From the NCBI GenBank assembly GCA_028023455.1, contig JAQFVV010000004.1, positions 16,740,001 to 16,804,000 on the forward strand: 64,000 bases of DNA. Direction: 5' to 3'. The notes beneath the pieces are model-generated. The model was not told where the DNA came from. It saw only the letters and a list, made by a program, of their open reading frames with translations, and searched no databases. Shown in pieces: positions 36,450 to 50,600 of the stretch; the first letter of the stretch is position 1, and each line of letters starts with the position of its first letter. Position numbers and translations under genes: made by a program. The DNA comes from Epiperipatus broadwayi (Eukaryota > Animalia > Onychophora).

Positions 36450-39400
36450 ATTGATTAATGAACCCGAGCTTACAAATTACCTTATATGGAAAAGAATTCC
36501 TAAACATTAAATTAATTGTAAAAACTTACAGATACGGAAATAAAATCCTAAGATTAATTAATATTATAGACCTTATATGGAAAAGAATTCCTAAACATTA
36601 AATTAATTGTAAAAACTTACAGATACGGAAATAAAATCCTAAGATTAATTAATATTATAGACCTTATAAACTTACCATATATGGAAATAACTTTCTAAGA
36701 GAGTAATTAATTGTATAATTAAAAAGCTAAGGAATTTTGTTGTATGATAACAAATTAAAATAATACGAACTGATTAAGGCCAAAGAAGTTACTTCAGAAA
36801 AGATAAGAGAAACAAAGGAAGAAATGATTTTAAAAGCTAGAGATAAAGGACTGCTGACTTTTTCTGTGGTAGCTGCTACTGTTAGTGCATCCACAAGTTG
36901 AAGAGCAGTAGTTCATCATCAGAGGGTTCCTTTTCCCAGGATCTCGGCTCCTGTAGGTCACTAAGCCAACTAGTGCTTTTAACAGACCATCTCCGTTTTA
37001 TTATTTTGAAACATCTCAAGAGGCTCGTCAAGGATTGTATTATAAAACCTATAGATGGTAGTGAAGGTAAAGTTAATTAATAGCTTTTCCTTAATTGTAT
37101 AAACAGTATTCACTATTCAATAATTAACCAGTGAATCAACCTCACTTAAATGTAGACTTTACATTAATATTAAAGATCAGTATAGTAATTATTTTTCCAA
37201 ATTGTTAATAAATTACTATTGCTAAATATATGCACTGTTATTCCATCAAGTTTTATTATATATTTGCTTGCTGGTCACCCAGTCATAGTTGGGGACACAG
37301 AAAATTTTGGCACAGTTGCATTGAATCTGTGAATAGCAGATAAGTTTTAAAAACAATTATTGACAGTTGCTGTTATTCAAACCTAGGGAAATAGGAAAGA
37401 GTTTGAGCCATTAGTAAGTTTTTGGCATTCAGTTTTTTGAACTTGGAAAGAAAAGTACAGAATTATAGTAATTAAAGTTAGTAAAGCTAATTGATCAGTA
37501 ATCAGTCATGAATACTTTTGGGCAAAATAGTATACCTGAATTTGAGGTTAGCAACGTGTCTGAATGGCAGTTGTATATTATGCAGTTACAAAACTTATTT
37601 AGCTTGAATGGCATTGAAGATAATAAAAGGAAAGTAGTTGCACTCATGTGTTTTGCAGATATTAAAGTAATAGAAGTCATAAATAGATTGTTTGAGATTA
37701 CTATTGAGGATCTAATAGAGAAATTAAGCGATCATTTCAGCCCTCATCTATCATGGCACATAGCTCATTTAACCTTGCAAAGAAGGAAGCAGCTAGAGAG
37801 TGAGAAAATTAAAGATTATAATATAGCTCTTAGGGAATTGACCAAAGGCTGTGGGTAGGATGAAATACTCATGGACCAGTTACTATGGGGAATGTCTGAT
37901 GATTGGCTCAGACAACAATTTCTCACTGAACCTGAGATTATGTATGAGATGGCCATTAAGAAAGGCATCATGAGTTAATGCTTGAACAGGATCAGGTGTT
38001 TGTCACTAAGAGGGATGAAAACCCTATATATGTGTTTAAAACAGTGCAGGAAAAAATCGTACCACTGAAAGCTGAAAAAAATAATATTAGCTTAATATGT
38101 TTTTGTTGTGGTAAAAAATGCCAAATATCAAAAGAATGTAGGTATAAAGAGTCATGTTTTAAATGCAGACAAAAGGGGCATTTAGCATGTATTTTCAAAT
38201 AGGAAGGTAACTGGAAAGGCAAAAGTAAATTGCCTATGCAAGAAAATAGGGGAGATTCCCATACAATGAAAAACATGGGCACTCAAGTTCTAAATCAGTT
38301 TGTGATGAAGCTACGACTTTGTGGCAAAGAACTGTTGATGAAAATCGATAGTGGATCAGGTATGTCACTGATGTAACTTACTGATTGGCTGTCACTGTCA
38401 TCGGCCAATGACAAAAGTAAAATAGAGAAAACAAACATTAGTGCACATGATGTAAACGGAAACGCACTTAAATTGATAGGCCCAGTGACAGTGCCAATTA
38501 ACCACTGTGGTAAAAAAGTAAATCTACCTCTGTACATAGTCAATGGCAAGATAATTCCCATAGTTAAGGGAGAGTGGTTCCACAAACTGGGTATACAAAT
38601 TAATATTAAAAAAATCTCTCTGGAACAAGAAATAGTCCACAAATATCCTGATTTGTTTAATGAAGAATTGGGATTAATTAATATGAGCCCAGTTGAGATA
38701 GAGTTGCTGAAAAATGCATGACCAGTCATGTGTAAACCATGGAAAATCCCATTCATTCAATAAGAGAAAGTGGCGGAGAAACTAAAATCATTGGTTGCTA
38801 AGGGTGTATTAACACTAATTAAAACATCGGATTGGGCCATGCCTATAGTAGTGATAACCAAGCCAAATTGTGAAATTAGACTATGTGATGATTACAGAGT
38901 AACTGTAAATAAATATCTGAACAGGTGAGCATATCCAGTTACTAATGTGAGGGAAGTACTAGCCATTCTTCAAAATGTTTCACATTTCACAAAATTGGAT
39001 TTAAATCCCGCATTTCACCTGATACAGGTAACAGACAAATCAGTGGAAATTTTAATGTTGACAACACCAATGGGATTATTTAAATGTAATCGTTTACCAT
39101 TTGACATATCAACAGCCCCTAACATATTCTAAGCCAAAATTGACACATTGCTCCAGAGACTGAGGGGGATTATTCCATATTTCAATGATATACTCATCAC
39201 AGCTAGCTGAGAAGAGATGCTGTAAAAAAGGCTCTTTTGTGAAAAATTAAAAAAAATGGGAGTAAAATTAAACACCCAAAAAATCGTATGGCACACAAAA
39301 GAATTGGTTTTTCTCAGACACATAATTTCTGATAGGGGAAGAAAAGCAGTGAAAAATGTGATGAAGTCTAAAAAACATTAGACAATTGCAGGCATATTTA

Positions 39401-40290
39401 GGATTAATAAATTTTTTTGAGTCTTTTTTAGAGAATAAAGCACACATAGCAAAACCATTGTACAACTTATTGAGAAAAGATCCAAAATGGCAATGGCTGG
39501 AAATTCACAATTTAATAAAATTAAAGACCTATTGTCGTCTGACAAATTATTAATATAATTCAATAGTAAATTGGAACTCTGTTTAACCGTGGATGCATCA
39601 GAATGGGGGGTGGGGGTGGTTGTCTCTCACCCATGCTATAAAGGGGAACAGCCCATTGCATACACATCATGTACACTCTCAAAAACAGAAAGGAATTATA
39701 GTCAGATCAGTAAAATAACTTTAGCTATTATCTTTGCTCTGAAAAAATTTCATCAATATATTTTCAGCAGATCGGTTCAAATAATAACTGACCACAAGTC
39801 ATTGATAGGATACTGGGACATGACAAATCAATACCCGAACATTTAAACCCATGCATGATGCACTGAAGAAACATCTTGTCGTCTTATGATTACAAACTGG
39901 AGTATAAGAACAACAAAGAAATTCCACATGCAGACACTCTGTCTCAAATCCCTGATAAAAAAGAATCAAGCAGCATAGAGATGGAAATAAACTACTTTGA
40001 TGTGCTGAAATTGGAAATCCTGGACAGTAAAAAAGCAAGCTGGACAAAAGTCAACAAAGGCTATCAACAGTTTATGGATGGTTGAAGTCGAAGCCACACT
40101 ACGTTGTCACAGGGTTCTGGACAAACTGTGAGAAATTGTCTACTTGTAAAAAGGTGTACTAATGGGGGTCAAAGTCATAATACCAACAGAAGGTAGACAA
40201 CAAGTTTTAAAGCTTTTACACAAAGGTTATCCCATAGTTGTGCATGCCTGGTGGCCAAAAATAACATCAGACATCGAGCAATACGCTATT
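36450..40290 (+). mobile_element. Degenerate Gypsy (Mag-like) LTR retrotransposon, same family as 21396-24118, truncated in the integrase zinc-binding region
   Basis: The LTR ends GGACACA at 37299, with the PBS at 37308. Fragments include gag MNTFGQNSIPEF, CCHC, protease IDSGSG, RT YFND, RNase H TVDASEWG and HAWWPKI. The 5' boundary is approximate. Confidence 0.9.
36479..36668. repeat. Perfect 91-bp tandem duplication, probably within an LTR U3 region
   Basis: ACCTTATATGGAAAAG... starts at both 36479 and 36570. Confidence 0.9.
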
Positions 40291-41250
40291 ACCCTAGACT
40301 TTTTAAATTTCCTCACTTACATTTGCCTTTCTGCAAATCACATTCCAGTCTCTCCATAATATTAATGATATGCCCCCCTTTTGCTATTGATCTCCATTTG
40401 CACATTTTGATCAAAGAGTTTTACATTTAATTTTGGCATATCATCAATATCTTTCAAGAGTTTTTCACTGTAAATCCTGCTTTGTCACTTACATAACTTT
40501 GATTACTTTTAAGTCTGCAATTAAAACATGTTTTTTGTTTTAAATGTCCTGCTTTTTCACAACAGTAAGTGGGGGGGGGGGTCTTTGATAACTTCTTATT
40601 TATCTCTTATGGCTTTGCAACATTTATACTCATTTCTGAATAATTACTTTCTTTTGCATTCTTGCATATGGTCTATCATGATTTCATAAGCTAAAGCTTA
40701 TTTAATAACAGCCGTATACCTTAATTCCTTCTAAGCTTTACATCCCTTATTCCCCTTAGTAGCTGATCCAGCAGCCTTTCATTGATAAAATTCCTGGATT
40801 CATAATTCTTCATGAATTTTAATAAGATCAAGTCGTAATCATGTGTGTCCCTTGAAAATAAAGACGCTCCATAAATTTTGATATTATGGTTTTAAAATAT
40901 GTATTTAGTTTTATCAGTAACTCTTCATACATTATTTCCTCGGGCAGCTTGGGATCACATAAATGATTTGCCAAATTCAAGACATCTCTGCCAGACATCC
41001 ATAATAGCATTACTACTTTAAATTTATCATCTGTTATTTAATTCATGAGCATAAATTTTCCAACATGATTCACATGTATTTGCCATTGAACCGGACTTTG
41101 TATATCAAATACTGTTGTCATGTTGTTCTGCATTTTCAATTCACTGCACTATAAATTTAATATCTTCAACTAATCTTTATCTAAGCTTCACAGGTTAAAT
41201 AATCAATCAGGCCTCACAGGTTAGACTGTTGAACTGAGCCAAGTAATGTA
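40291..41250 (-). mobile_element. Third Gypsy-like remnant (gag-CCHC and start of protease), convergent with the previous element
   Basis: gag-like LLWMSGRDVLNLANHLCDPKLP...SKFMERLYF and a CCEKAGH knuckle near 40555. Confidence 0.7.
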
Positions 41251-43127
41251 TCCAGGGCCATGCAGTCAGTTGGCAGGTGGATAATTATATTTTAATAAAT
41301 AAGGAAACAACAAAGTTTAAATAAAATTTCAAAAGTTTATTTACTTTCAATAATAATAATAATGGTATTAGTAATTCAACTTGAAAATTTGCTCGTTGTG
41401 AATAAGATTACTGGTCTTTTTAAAGTTCAAATCTCCTTAGAGATTTAATATCTATAAAGTATTTTTACTCAGTAATTTGTAACTACAATTTTGTAAACAT
41501 CTTACTGCTCACACACATTGATTTTAGAGATAGTCCAATTAGATTCTTGACTAGAGCTTTTCATTATTAATATCCAGAACAACTTAACTTTCACTAGTTT
41601 ATCTTTCCACTAGTGTAATTTTATTATTATTCTTTTTTACTTAATTCTTTTGTAGACTTTTTATTCAGTTTTGCTAATTTGCATAAAGTAATTTTTCTTA
41701 ACATGGAAAATAGCCTGTTGCTATTTTCTGTAAGTTTTCTCTTTCTGCATAATTAATTATTTGATTTAAATGCCTGTGCATACACACCATTATTCATTCT
41801 TAATAAAATATATATGTGTATACAATATATTTTTATATTGACTAGTTTTATATGCATGCACTTATGCAACTTTATTGTTCTTTACTCATTAGTGTTACAC
41901 AGATTTAATCAAATATAACAGGTAAGACAAAATTATATGAAAGAAAACATAAGCAACAAAAGAGGTGGGAGAGTAAAAAAATATAATGAAAGAATAGAAA
42001 AAAAAACTGAACACGTAGATGGTAGAAAATGATATCAAAAGATTTATGAGAAGAAAAATTATGATCTAAATTTGTGAAGAATACTAAAGAAACTTTTTTA
42101 ACTTTGTCACTGCTATTGTTGTCTAGTGATAATAATATCTGGATAAATTAGTAAAGACAATTTATAAATAGACAAAGTATCTGAATATATATATAGTTCA
42201 TGTATTATATATATACACAGAGAGAAATAACTATAAATAACTGGGGAAAAAAAAGGCATATGGCGTTATTACTCGGGAATTCACAAGAAGTACCTCTACC
42301 AACTGCGCCATCTATAAACAGCTGATAGATAAAGTTAGATAGTAAGAGTCCGTTCTTTGTTACTAAAAAAAAACAGGTGGACAGATAACTTTATAAATTA
42401 TCCTTTTGTTTTTCATTAAAACAAAATTCTAGTTATTTTAGAGAGAAAAAAAATTACGTCTTTAAAAATAATTAAACTGTATGTCAAAACATTTTTTTAA
42501 CCGTTACTATCTTTTTATAACCAAAAAGAAAAGTAACTTCGCTAACAGTTGATTTTATAGTCGAATTCCCATGTCAATTTGGTTTTATAACAGCAGATAA
42601 TTTCGACGATGATTCATAAACAACGTCAAAATGCTAGAAATGTCATTATTAGTTTAAATAAAAATATATTTTTTTCTCACTGCAGTCTTTATTATAAATA
42701 TTTATATCAATAGAGAAATGGGAATACTTCACTAATTACAGCTGTTAATTAGGAAAAAGTAAACAACTAAAAGACAAATTTAATTTTTATAATATATATT
42801 TTGACATAAACTTACTACCCCACTATTTTCTGTTTGGCAGGAAACTGATTCACGACTGTCCCTTGTTGCTTTAAACTGCCAAGCTAATAAGATGCAGGTA
42901 TAATAAGATAAAAATCACAGTGGACTTAAGAGAAAAACTCTCCTTTTTTTTTTCATTCTAATAAATTCCTTCTCCCTTGCAATTTGATTACTTATATGTT
43001 TGCGAAGATATATAATACATTATATTATATAAATTAAATGTGCTAATATTAAACTGGTAATACTTTATAAGCAAATTGATTCTTAGCCCAATGTCTAAAT
43101 AATACCAACCAATAAATTTACATGTAA

Positions 43128-44236
43128 GCCAATAAACATCACATGATCACCATTTCTTATGCTTGCTTATAACTGTTATTAAAACAGGCAATACTCTCTA
43201 TACGTATTGCCACTCAGTGCAAGCCAGAGTAATCAATGGATGCCAGAAAGCTTTTGCATAAAATCCCCATCTAGGGCCTACATATATAATATCCCCAGAC
43301 TAGTTTCTGGCTTGTGGCCTTTGTCAGTGATGAGCCTTGGATCTGAAAGCAATACACCTAGATCTTAGAATGTAATGCAACCCTCCAGAAGCCAGCTTTT
43401 ATCTCTACTTAACTACAAAACTATGAGTCTTAAATTGAAAACATTATAATATTTTTCATCTAAGCTATATAGTAATATAGGTCTGAACTCGTTCAGTACC
43501 TATACATTTTGGTGTCTTTGGTTCTTTAATAATCATAGCCACCACTATCTGATTAGGCAGGATTGGTTTTAAGCCAATAAACATCACATGATTACCATTT
43601 CTTATGCTTGCTCATAACTGTTATTAAAACAGGCAAAACTCTATACGTATTGCCACTCGAATGCCAGAAGGCTTTTGCATAAAATCCCCACCTAGTGCCT
43701 ACTCATCCAATATCCCCAGACTAGTTTCTGGCTTGTGGTCTTACTGGCTTGCACTGAGTGGAAATACATATAGAGAATTTTGCCTGTTTGAATAACAGTT
43801 ATGAGCAAGCATAATAAATGGTGATCATGTGATGTTTATTGGCTTAAAACCAATCCTGCCTAATAGGATAGTGGTGGCTATGGTTATTAAAGAACCAAGG
43901 ACACCAAAAAGTATAGGTGCTGAACTGAGTTCAGACCTATATGACATAAGCTATTGAGCTTGGATTGAAAATATAGTGTTTTCAATTTAAGACTCATAGT
44001 TTTGTAGTTAAGTAGAGATAAAAGATGGCTGCTGGAGGGTTGCATTAGATCCTAAGATCTAGGTGTAGTGCTCTCAGATCCAATGCTCCTCATTGATGAA
44101 GGCCACAAGCCAGAAACTAGTCTGGGGATATTAGATGAGTAGGCAATAGATGGGGATTTTATGCAAAAGCTTTCTGGCATCCATTCATTACTCTGGCTTG
44201 CACTGAGTGGCAATATATATAGAGTTTTGCCTGTTT
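43128..44236. mobile_element. Family A copy 5: about 1.4 units on the minus strand joined head-to-head to about 1.1 units on the plus strand, unit about 445 bp
   Basis: Direct repeat at 43131 and 43576, inversion junction at about 43741. HHRs lie at 43293-43332 (-, G8A), 43713-43740 (-, truncated) and 44088-44127 (+, C3U). The 15-bp TSD TAAATTTACA(T/G)GTAA is at 43113-43127 and 44237-44251. Confidence 0.9.
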
Positions 44237-44666
44237 TAAATTTACAGGTAATAAATTCTCTCCAAATTAAAATAATTAACCAATCAGCTCATCCAGGACA
44301 ATTACTTCATGGCTTGTAAATTAGCCGCAAAACCATCAGATGCATTTCACTGCAATGAAAAAAGCACTTTAGTAGTATTTACTAAACTTCGCACCAATTA
44401 GATTTTTACAATATTAATTAATTATGAAGCAGTTTTTTTAAATATCAGATGGCTCTGCAGCCTAATTCATTAGAGGTTTGTAAGCTATGAAATTAGTGCA
44501 GGCATCAGCAAACTACAGCTTGTGGGCCATTTGCTGCCTGCAAGATAATTTTATCTGGCTTATGACACATCATGCTGCTCAGACTGAAATTGTTTTGTTA
44601 TAATCAACAAATAAAACATTATTTTTCAGTCTTGTTATAATCAACAAACAAAGCAAAAAGATTAGT

Positions 44667-44680
44667 CCACTAGAGGGAGC
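44667..44680 (+). promoter_or_regulatory. CTCF-like motif
   Basis: CCACTAGAGGGAGC matches the CTCF consensus. Related AGATGGC(G/A)C cores occur at 32838-32850 (-), 42245-42254 (-) and 61109-61120 (+). Motif match only. Confidence 0.35.
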
Positions 44681-47600
44681 CTAGGATTCCAGTTTTCACT
44701 GTTTCAGGCTCCTTGTTTTGTTCACCAAAGTCATAGTCCATTATTGGATTCATAGAAGAAAAGTCTACCAAAATATAAGTGAATATCTGTTTCAGTGTTT
44801 TTTCATTTTTAGAAGAAGTTTTGGAACAGTTTTCATTCAATGATAATTGAAATTATTTATCATTCCGTTTTATGCAAATGAATGCCATTAGAAATAGACA
44901 AAAGCTAGCTTAAGTAATTCTTGGAATCATTAGAATATTATAAACCTTTTAAAACTAATTTTAAATGAAACCAAATAATTCTAAAAAGAATAGACACTAG
45001 AAATCCTAATTTTATTGATAGAATAAATAGGAAATTCATTTGGACATCAAATCTCATAGAAAACGTGGAATGTAATATGTTAACATGATGATTTTAGGAA
45101 ATTATCATTGCATCAGATTTTGGCAGTGTTAAACAAGTTTTAAATGATAATTTGATTTCAATTTTAGAATGAACATTATAGAAAATAACCTAAGCTATCT
45201 CCCTGCACAAAATCAGGTTTCTCTGATGATCAGAACAGAAGTTATTACCCTTCTTCCAGTGGATTGGGGGCCACAAAAAAAAAAAAAATTCAAATCAACA
45301 CAGAATTACCATGAAGTGATTCCTGAGCTAAAAAAATAATGGTTTAAAGACAAAAATGAGTACAAATTATGTTTTAGACCTAAACAGACATTGAAGCTGC
45401 AAATTATTCATACTCTTGTAAGCAATAATTATTAAGAATTTTCCAAGGTTTAACAACAAACTTTCAGATTATACTTGTCATTCATTACTAATCAAGACCT
45501 GAAATTCAATCAAAAGAAGCAGGATCCAATTAGTATTGACAAATAAAAATCACTGTGAACCCTGAAGGACTTTGGTTGGTGGGTTGAGCAGCTGTTGTGA
45601 ATATTTGCAGACCCAGGAGTTTGATAATGATTAAGGGCAGATGTTCAGCTCCATTGACCTCAGTGTGCAGGATGATATCATTGGATGCTATACACTCCAG
45701 CTAGAAATATCTTTATAACAGTAATAGAGTTTTGTTGTAATATTTGCGGGCACGGGTCTTCACTCCTCATTTCTTTTGCAGGGGTTGATGATGGCAGTCA
45801 TTGGAGGTCTGGTCCATGGGTGCAGGATGATGATGATTATTGCTGCTACCCAGAAACCTGCTGGGAGGGTACAGGGTCAAAGTTTTCAGCACGTTTTCCA
45901 CTATGATGGGCTGCTGCACTGCCTTGATGGATTGTTTTTGGGCAGTGCAGATCTGTGCTCGTTCATGTACATTAAGCAAAATTATACAACCCTTTTATGG
46001 ATATATTTGTTATCGAGCATCCGTACCTTGTAAACCTGGTCAATAATTGTTTTGCCTTGTAACATTGAACACTTTGTAATCCTCCACGGGTAAGTGTACC
46101 CGATAACTTTTTGTAATCTTTTGACTAATAAAGGTTACTTTTGAGAAAAAAAAAGTTATTTTTCTAATATTCGCTACCAGAAAGTGAAACTAAAAAACTT
46201 TACATACCAGAACAAATTGGGCTATTTGGGGGGGGTTGTTTAGAAAACATAAAAGTCATCTTATTTTTTGTCCAAAAGATGAATAACACTTTTTTTTTAA
46301 AAAAAAAAAAAGGTTAAGTTGAATGAGTGTAATATTACATTCAATGTTTTGTTTAGTTTCTGCTTTTAAATATTGTGTCGGCTACTGAAGCCATACTGGG
46401 ATAACTCATTGATAAATTGAAAATTTTGAGCGAAAATTGGTTTTTAGTAAAAGGACATCATACTAAAATACAAATTAATTTAAATTGTATATTGAGTGGT
46501 AAATCTTATTAATTATAATTTTTTTTTTGTTTGAATATTTTCTTGTCTTTCAAAATGGATAAAAAAATAAGAGTCAACAGTAAATGTGGAGAAATACTTT
46601 AGTAAAGGATCAAATCTATTGTAAATGACATATTTTGTTTTTTTATTTTTCATCAAAGTAAAATGCATTACTTAATCCAATACATAATACAATGAAACAA
46701 TAAACTGGTTTAGTAACCAAAAATAATATAAAAAAAGAAGGATAAATGGCAAATTATTATTATTTTGTTATTTTGATTATAAACATCTAGAAGAAAGACC
46801 AGAAAGAGGTTCTGGTTCACCACTGCTTTACTATCAAGACAGCATAGGTAATACAGATAAGGGTGTAATAGTCCAGGAGTCTGATTGTCATCATCTTCAG
46901 AAATTGCTTCATCCCATGAATACCTGGATCAACCCATTGCTTTTGATGTTTATTGATGATTTTAGCTAATGCCTCATTATGGGAAAATGTTTTATTTTTC
47001 AATGATATCTGTAAATGTTCATTAAACCAAATATTTTATTATCATACAAATACAAACAAAATTTTTTTTTAAAGTTATTTGTAAAACTTTTAAAAACAAT
47101 TTCACATATAAAATAATTATTTTCAATATAATTATCATAATATCTATTCAAATATTGCAAACTATTTATTTTTTTTTCCTTCTAAAAAAAATTAAAAAAA
47201 ACCCCATTTTAATTTTTTTAAAAAAAACAAATTTGTATTACAGTTTTGACTATTTATTTTTAGATTACATTATATAAAAACCTAGGTTCCATTATTTATA
47301 TCTTAAAATATACATCAATATCAAAAGTATGCTGATTCATCAATTTAAGTTATCCCAATATGCATTCAGAAACTTCATACAGTGTTTATAAACAGAAACT
47401 AAATGCAAAATGGAATGTAGTATAGTAAGTTAAATGAGTACCAGATATAATGCAAATATTTTTTTTTTACAAAAATTTTAAAAATTGTGTGTGAAGACAG
47501 CATATCACAATAAAACATAAAAATCTTAATTATCTTGCAATTTCAGATAATTATTTTTAAAAATTAGAATTACTAGTAATAGAAAATAATACTGTCACTG

Positions 47601-50600
47601 TTTGTCTGTTCCATACATAAAAATATGTATTTTTATTTTTTAATAAACGTTTTTATACGCAAAGTATATTCTTACAATTTTTATTGGTTCATGAAGATTT
47701 TTAATGTCCGACCCTTCAAAGAAAAAATGTACTAATTCCTGTTTTAGTGTGATGTCAAAGGTGTCAAGAATTATTACATATAAATTTGTTTGGTATAATT
47801 TAATCTTTGGTTAGACAGTAATTTATTTACACATGTATACTGTAATGGATGAAATAATAAATAAGGTTAAAATTAACCCACTGGTGACCAATGTAATGTT
47901 GTCTTAACTTTTATTATGCATATTGTATAGGTCACTGTGCTAAATGATAATACTAGTCTAGTTATATAAACGTATAGATTATCCATAGTTAGATATCAAA
48001 ATAATATTACCCCATTATTTCTCAGTTTTGTTTAATAAAGATGACTGAACTAATGTTATTTAGTTATATTTCACAGCCAACTTACATATACATAATATTT
48101 TATGGAAGAGTTAATGTTTCGACTTCCTCAAGGCATATTTATTAATGGCAATGGCTCCATCCGATCAGATAAGGAAAAAATCTGGACTATTCCGCTTCTG
48201 AAGGCAAGGTCAGATATGACAATTATTATATATAATGAGAATATTATGCATATCTCTAATATCTACTGTACATATTATAAAAAGAAAATGAAAAAGAGCT
48301 AGGAAGAACAATTCTTTTCCCTAGTAAACTCAAATTTTAATTCTTGCCTAATACTTTTAGCATTAATTTGGCTCACTATATTTCATTTTTATTTAACTAC
48401 TAATTAATTTTAAAAAATTAATATATAAAAAGTGATATTGTTTCCAATGAGACAAGAATTCCCCCAGTAATTAATCTAATGATGGGAGTAATAAACTTAA
48501 GAATTAAAATTTCTTAAGAGTTATTTTAATATAATATTAAAAGAAATACGTGAAAATTTATCATAAGACAGATCATATTTTAATAATATGAATTAATCAA
48601 ATAATTGACACTTAGTAAGTCATCTGATGTTTGAAGATCGAAAATAACAAGTCAAGCTGGACATATAGCTCTTACGTTTGCCATTCTATTATTGCATTAA
48701 GTCGCATAGAATATAATTTGAATTCCGTCAACTTAAGTTTACAAAGATTAAATTATAAACTTAATTCTAAATTATATAAATTGCTAAACTTTTCCTAAAT
48801 GAATTGTAAATAAATTCTAAGGGTTCAGAATGCTAAAATAAGAAAAGCTTCGGTATATCTTAAATAGAGCTAAGCAGTTTTAATATTTTGATTATGATTT
48901 CATATCTATAGTAATGAGTAGTGAACAGGAGGGTAATAAGCCAATCTAATTCATTTGAATATATTAGCATAAATTTACATTCTATTTATACTCACCACCC
49001 TCATGTCCGCTCTCATTGCTATAAAAATAATATCATAACCAAGAAAGCAAAAGTGCTTAGCTCAATTTAAGATATGTCTACACTGAAGCTTCTCATATTT
49101 TAGCATTCTGAGTGCATAGAATTTAATTAATTCTAAATTAAAAATAAGATTTTAAATTAAAAAAAAAACCTTTTCACATTAAACTTGTTATTCAAGAATT
49201 TTATTCAAATTATGTTGCAAGTAGCTCAGGATGTTAAACACTGAAGACACAGATAAAACAATTGCATAATTTGATTTATATACTGTATATTCACTATTTT
49301 AACATTTATTTACAAGACCATTACAGTGAGTAGAAATTAATTCTACCTTGTGAATTTAATTATAAGTTGATTTTTTTTTGAAATTACAATGAGAGGACAT
49401 TCACTCTGTTAAAGTATCATTGTTTGATCTGTCTTCTATACAAGATCTTGAAAGCCAAAAGAAATTGTACTACATTATACAAGGTTACAGATAAAGACTT
49501 CCAAAATGTTAAATCTGATCCCATTGCTGTTTTTTAGTGATAAAGACTTTTCTTAATTAATATACTTGTATGTAATTATACATAATAAAAAAATTGCACT
49601 CAAAAATGACTGTGTAAGTAATTATATGTATTGATGCATGTTAAATTATGTGTCTGGATAGAAAAATGGCTTCACACAAACATGCAAACCCATAATCACA
49701 GTTGGTTCAGAAAAATGTAATCAAATAGCATGCGAAATTCACTATAGCCAGCAAGATAGTAGGACATGCTTTTGACTTGGGACTGTTTAAATGATTATTC
49801 CCAATTAAATCTCATATTCAATGCTGTCATTCCACTGGACTACTGCATTTGTAGACTAAATTCAGTAATGAACAAACTACACACACACACACACTATATA
49901 TATATATATATGTAACACTTTGAGGTTATTTTTCATATGACTGATTAATTTAGTAAATGAAATACCCCCAAGTCAAAGCATAAGACAATATATATATATA
50001 TTAGACTATATTCTCTCTTTACCTCATTTCCTTATATAGAGGTTTATTTAAAACACTTTGGCCAGAAAGTATGACTTTAAACCAGTCATATTATTTATTT
50101 TAAAGCTATTTGCTTTATTAACTTGTAGCAAATATAATAATTTATACTTTGAATACAAACAATTGGAAACTTCATTCATCAAGTAAAAAATTTATCAAAG
50201 TGATTTGCGCTTGATTTATATATATAGTTGTTCATATAAGCACACAATTACATTGACAAATTGTGATTACAACCATGACAAATAATCAGTACCAGGGCTG
50301 ATATATAGGTGTGATGCACCTTTGTAGAAGATAAATTTTGGCACCCTGGTTTCATGAACAAAGCTAACCTGGGTGCTATGTGATGGCACATGACCGACCA
50401 TTTATTAAGATACTGGTTCTACATGATCTATGATCAAAAAATAAAACTTTCTTTTTTGTCAAAGCTTTTAATTTATAAGTCCTACAATGAGTGGCGCTAC
50501 TGTATGAAGAGTTTTGCCTCTGTGAATATCATATGCAAAGAAATATAATTGTACTATGCAGATTTTTCAGATATGTTTTAATGTAAAAGCAGTCTTCATT

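Noticed and set aside
36479-36668. CRISPR-like or satellite array
   Set aside because: There are only two copies and no spacers. It is an ordinary duplication in an LTR region of a eukaryotic genome.
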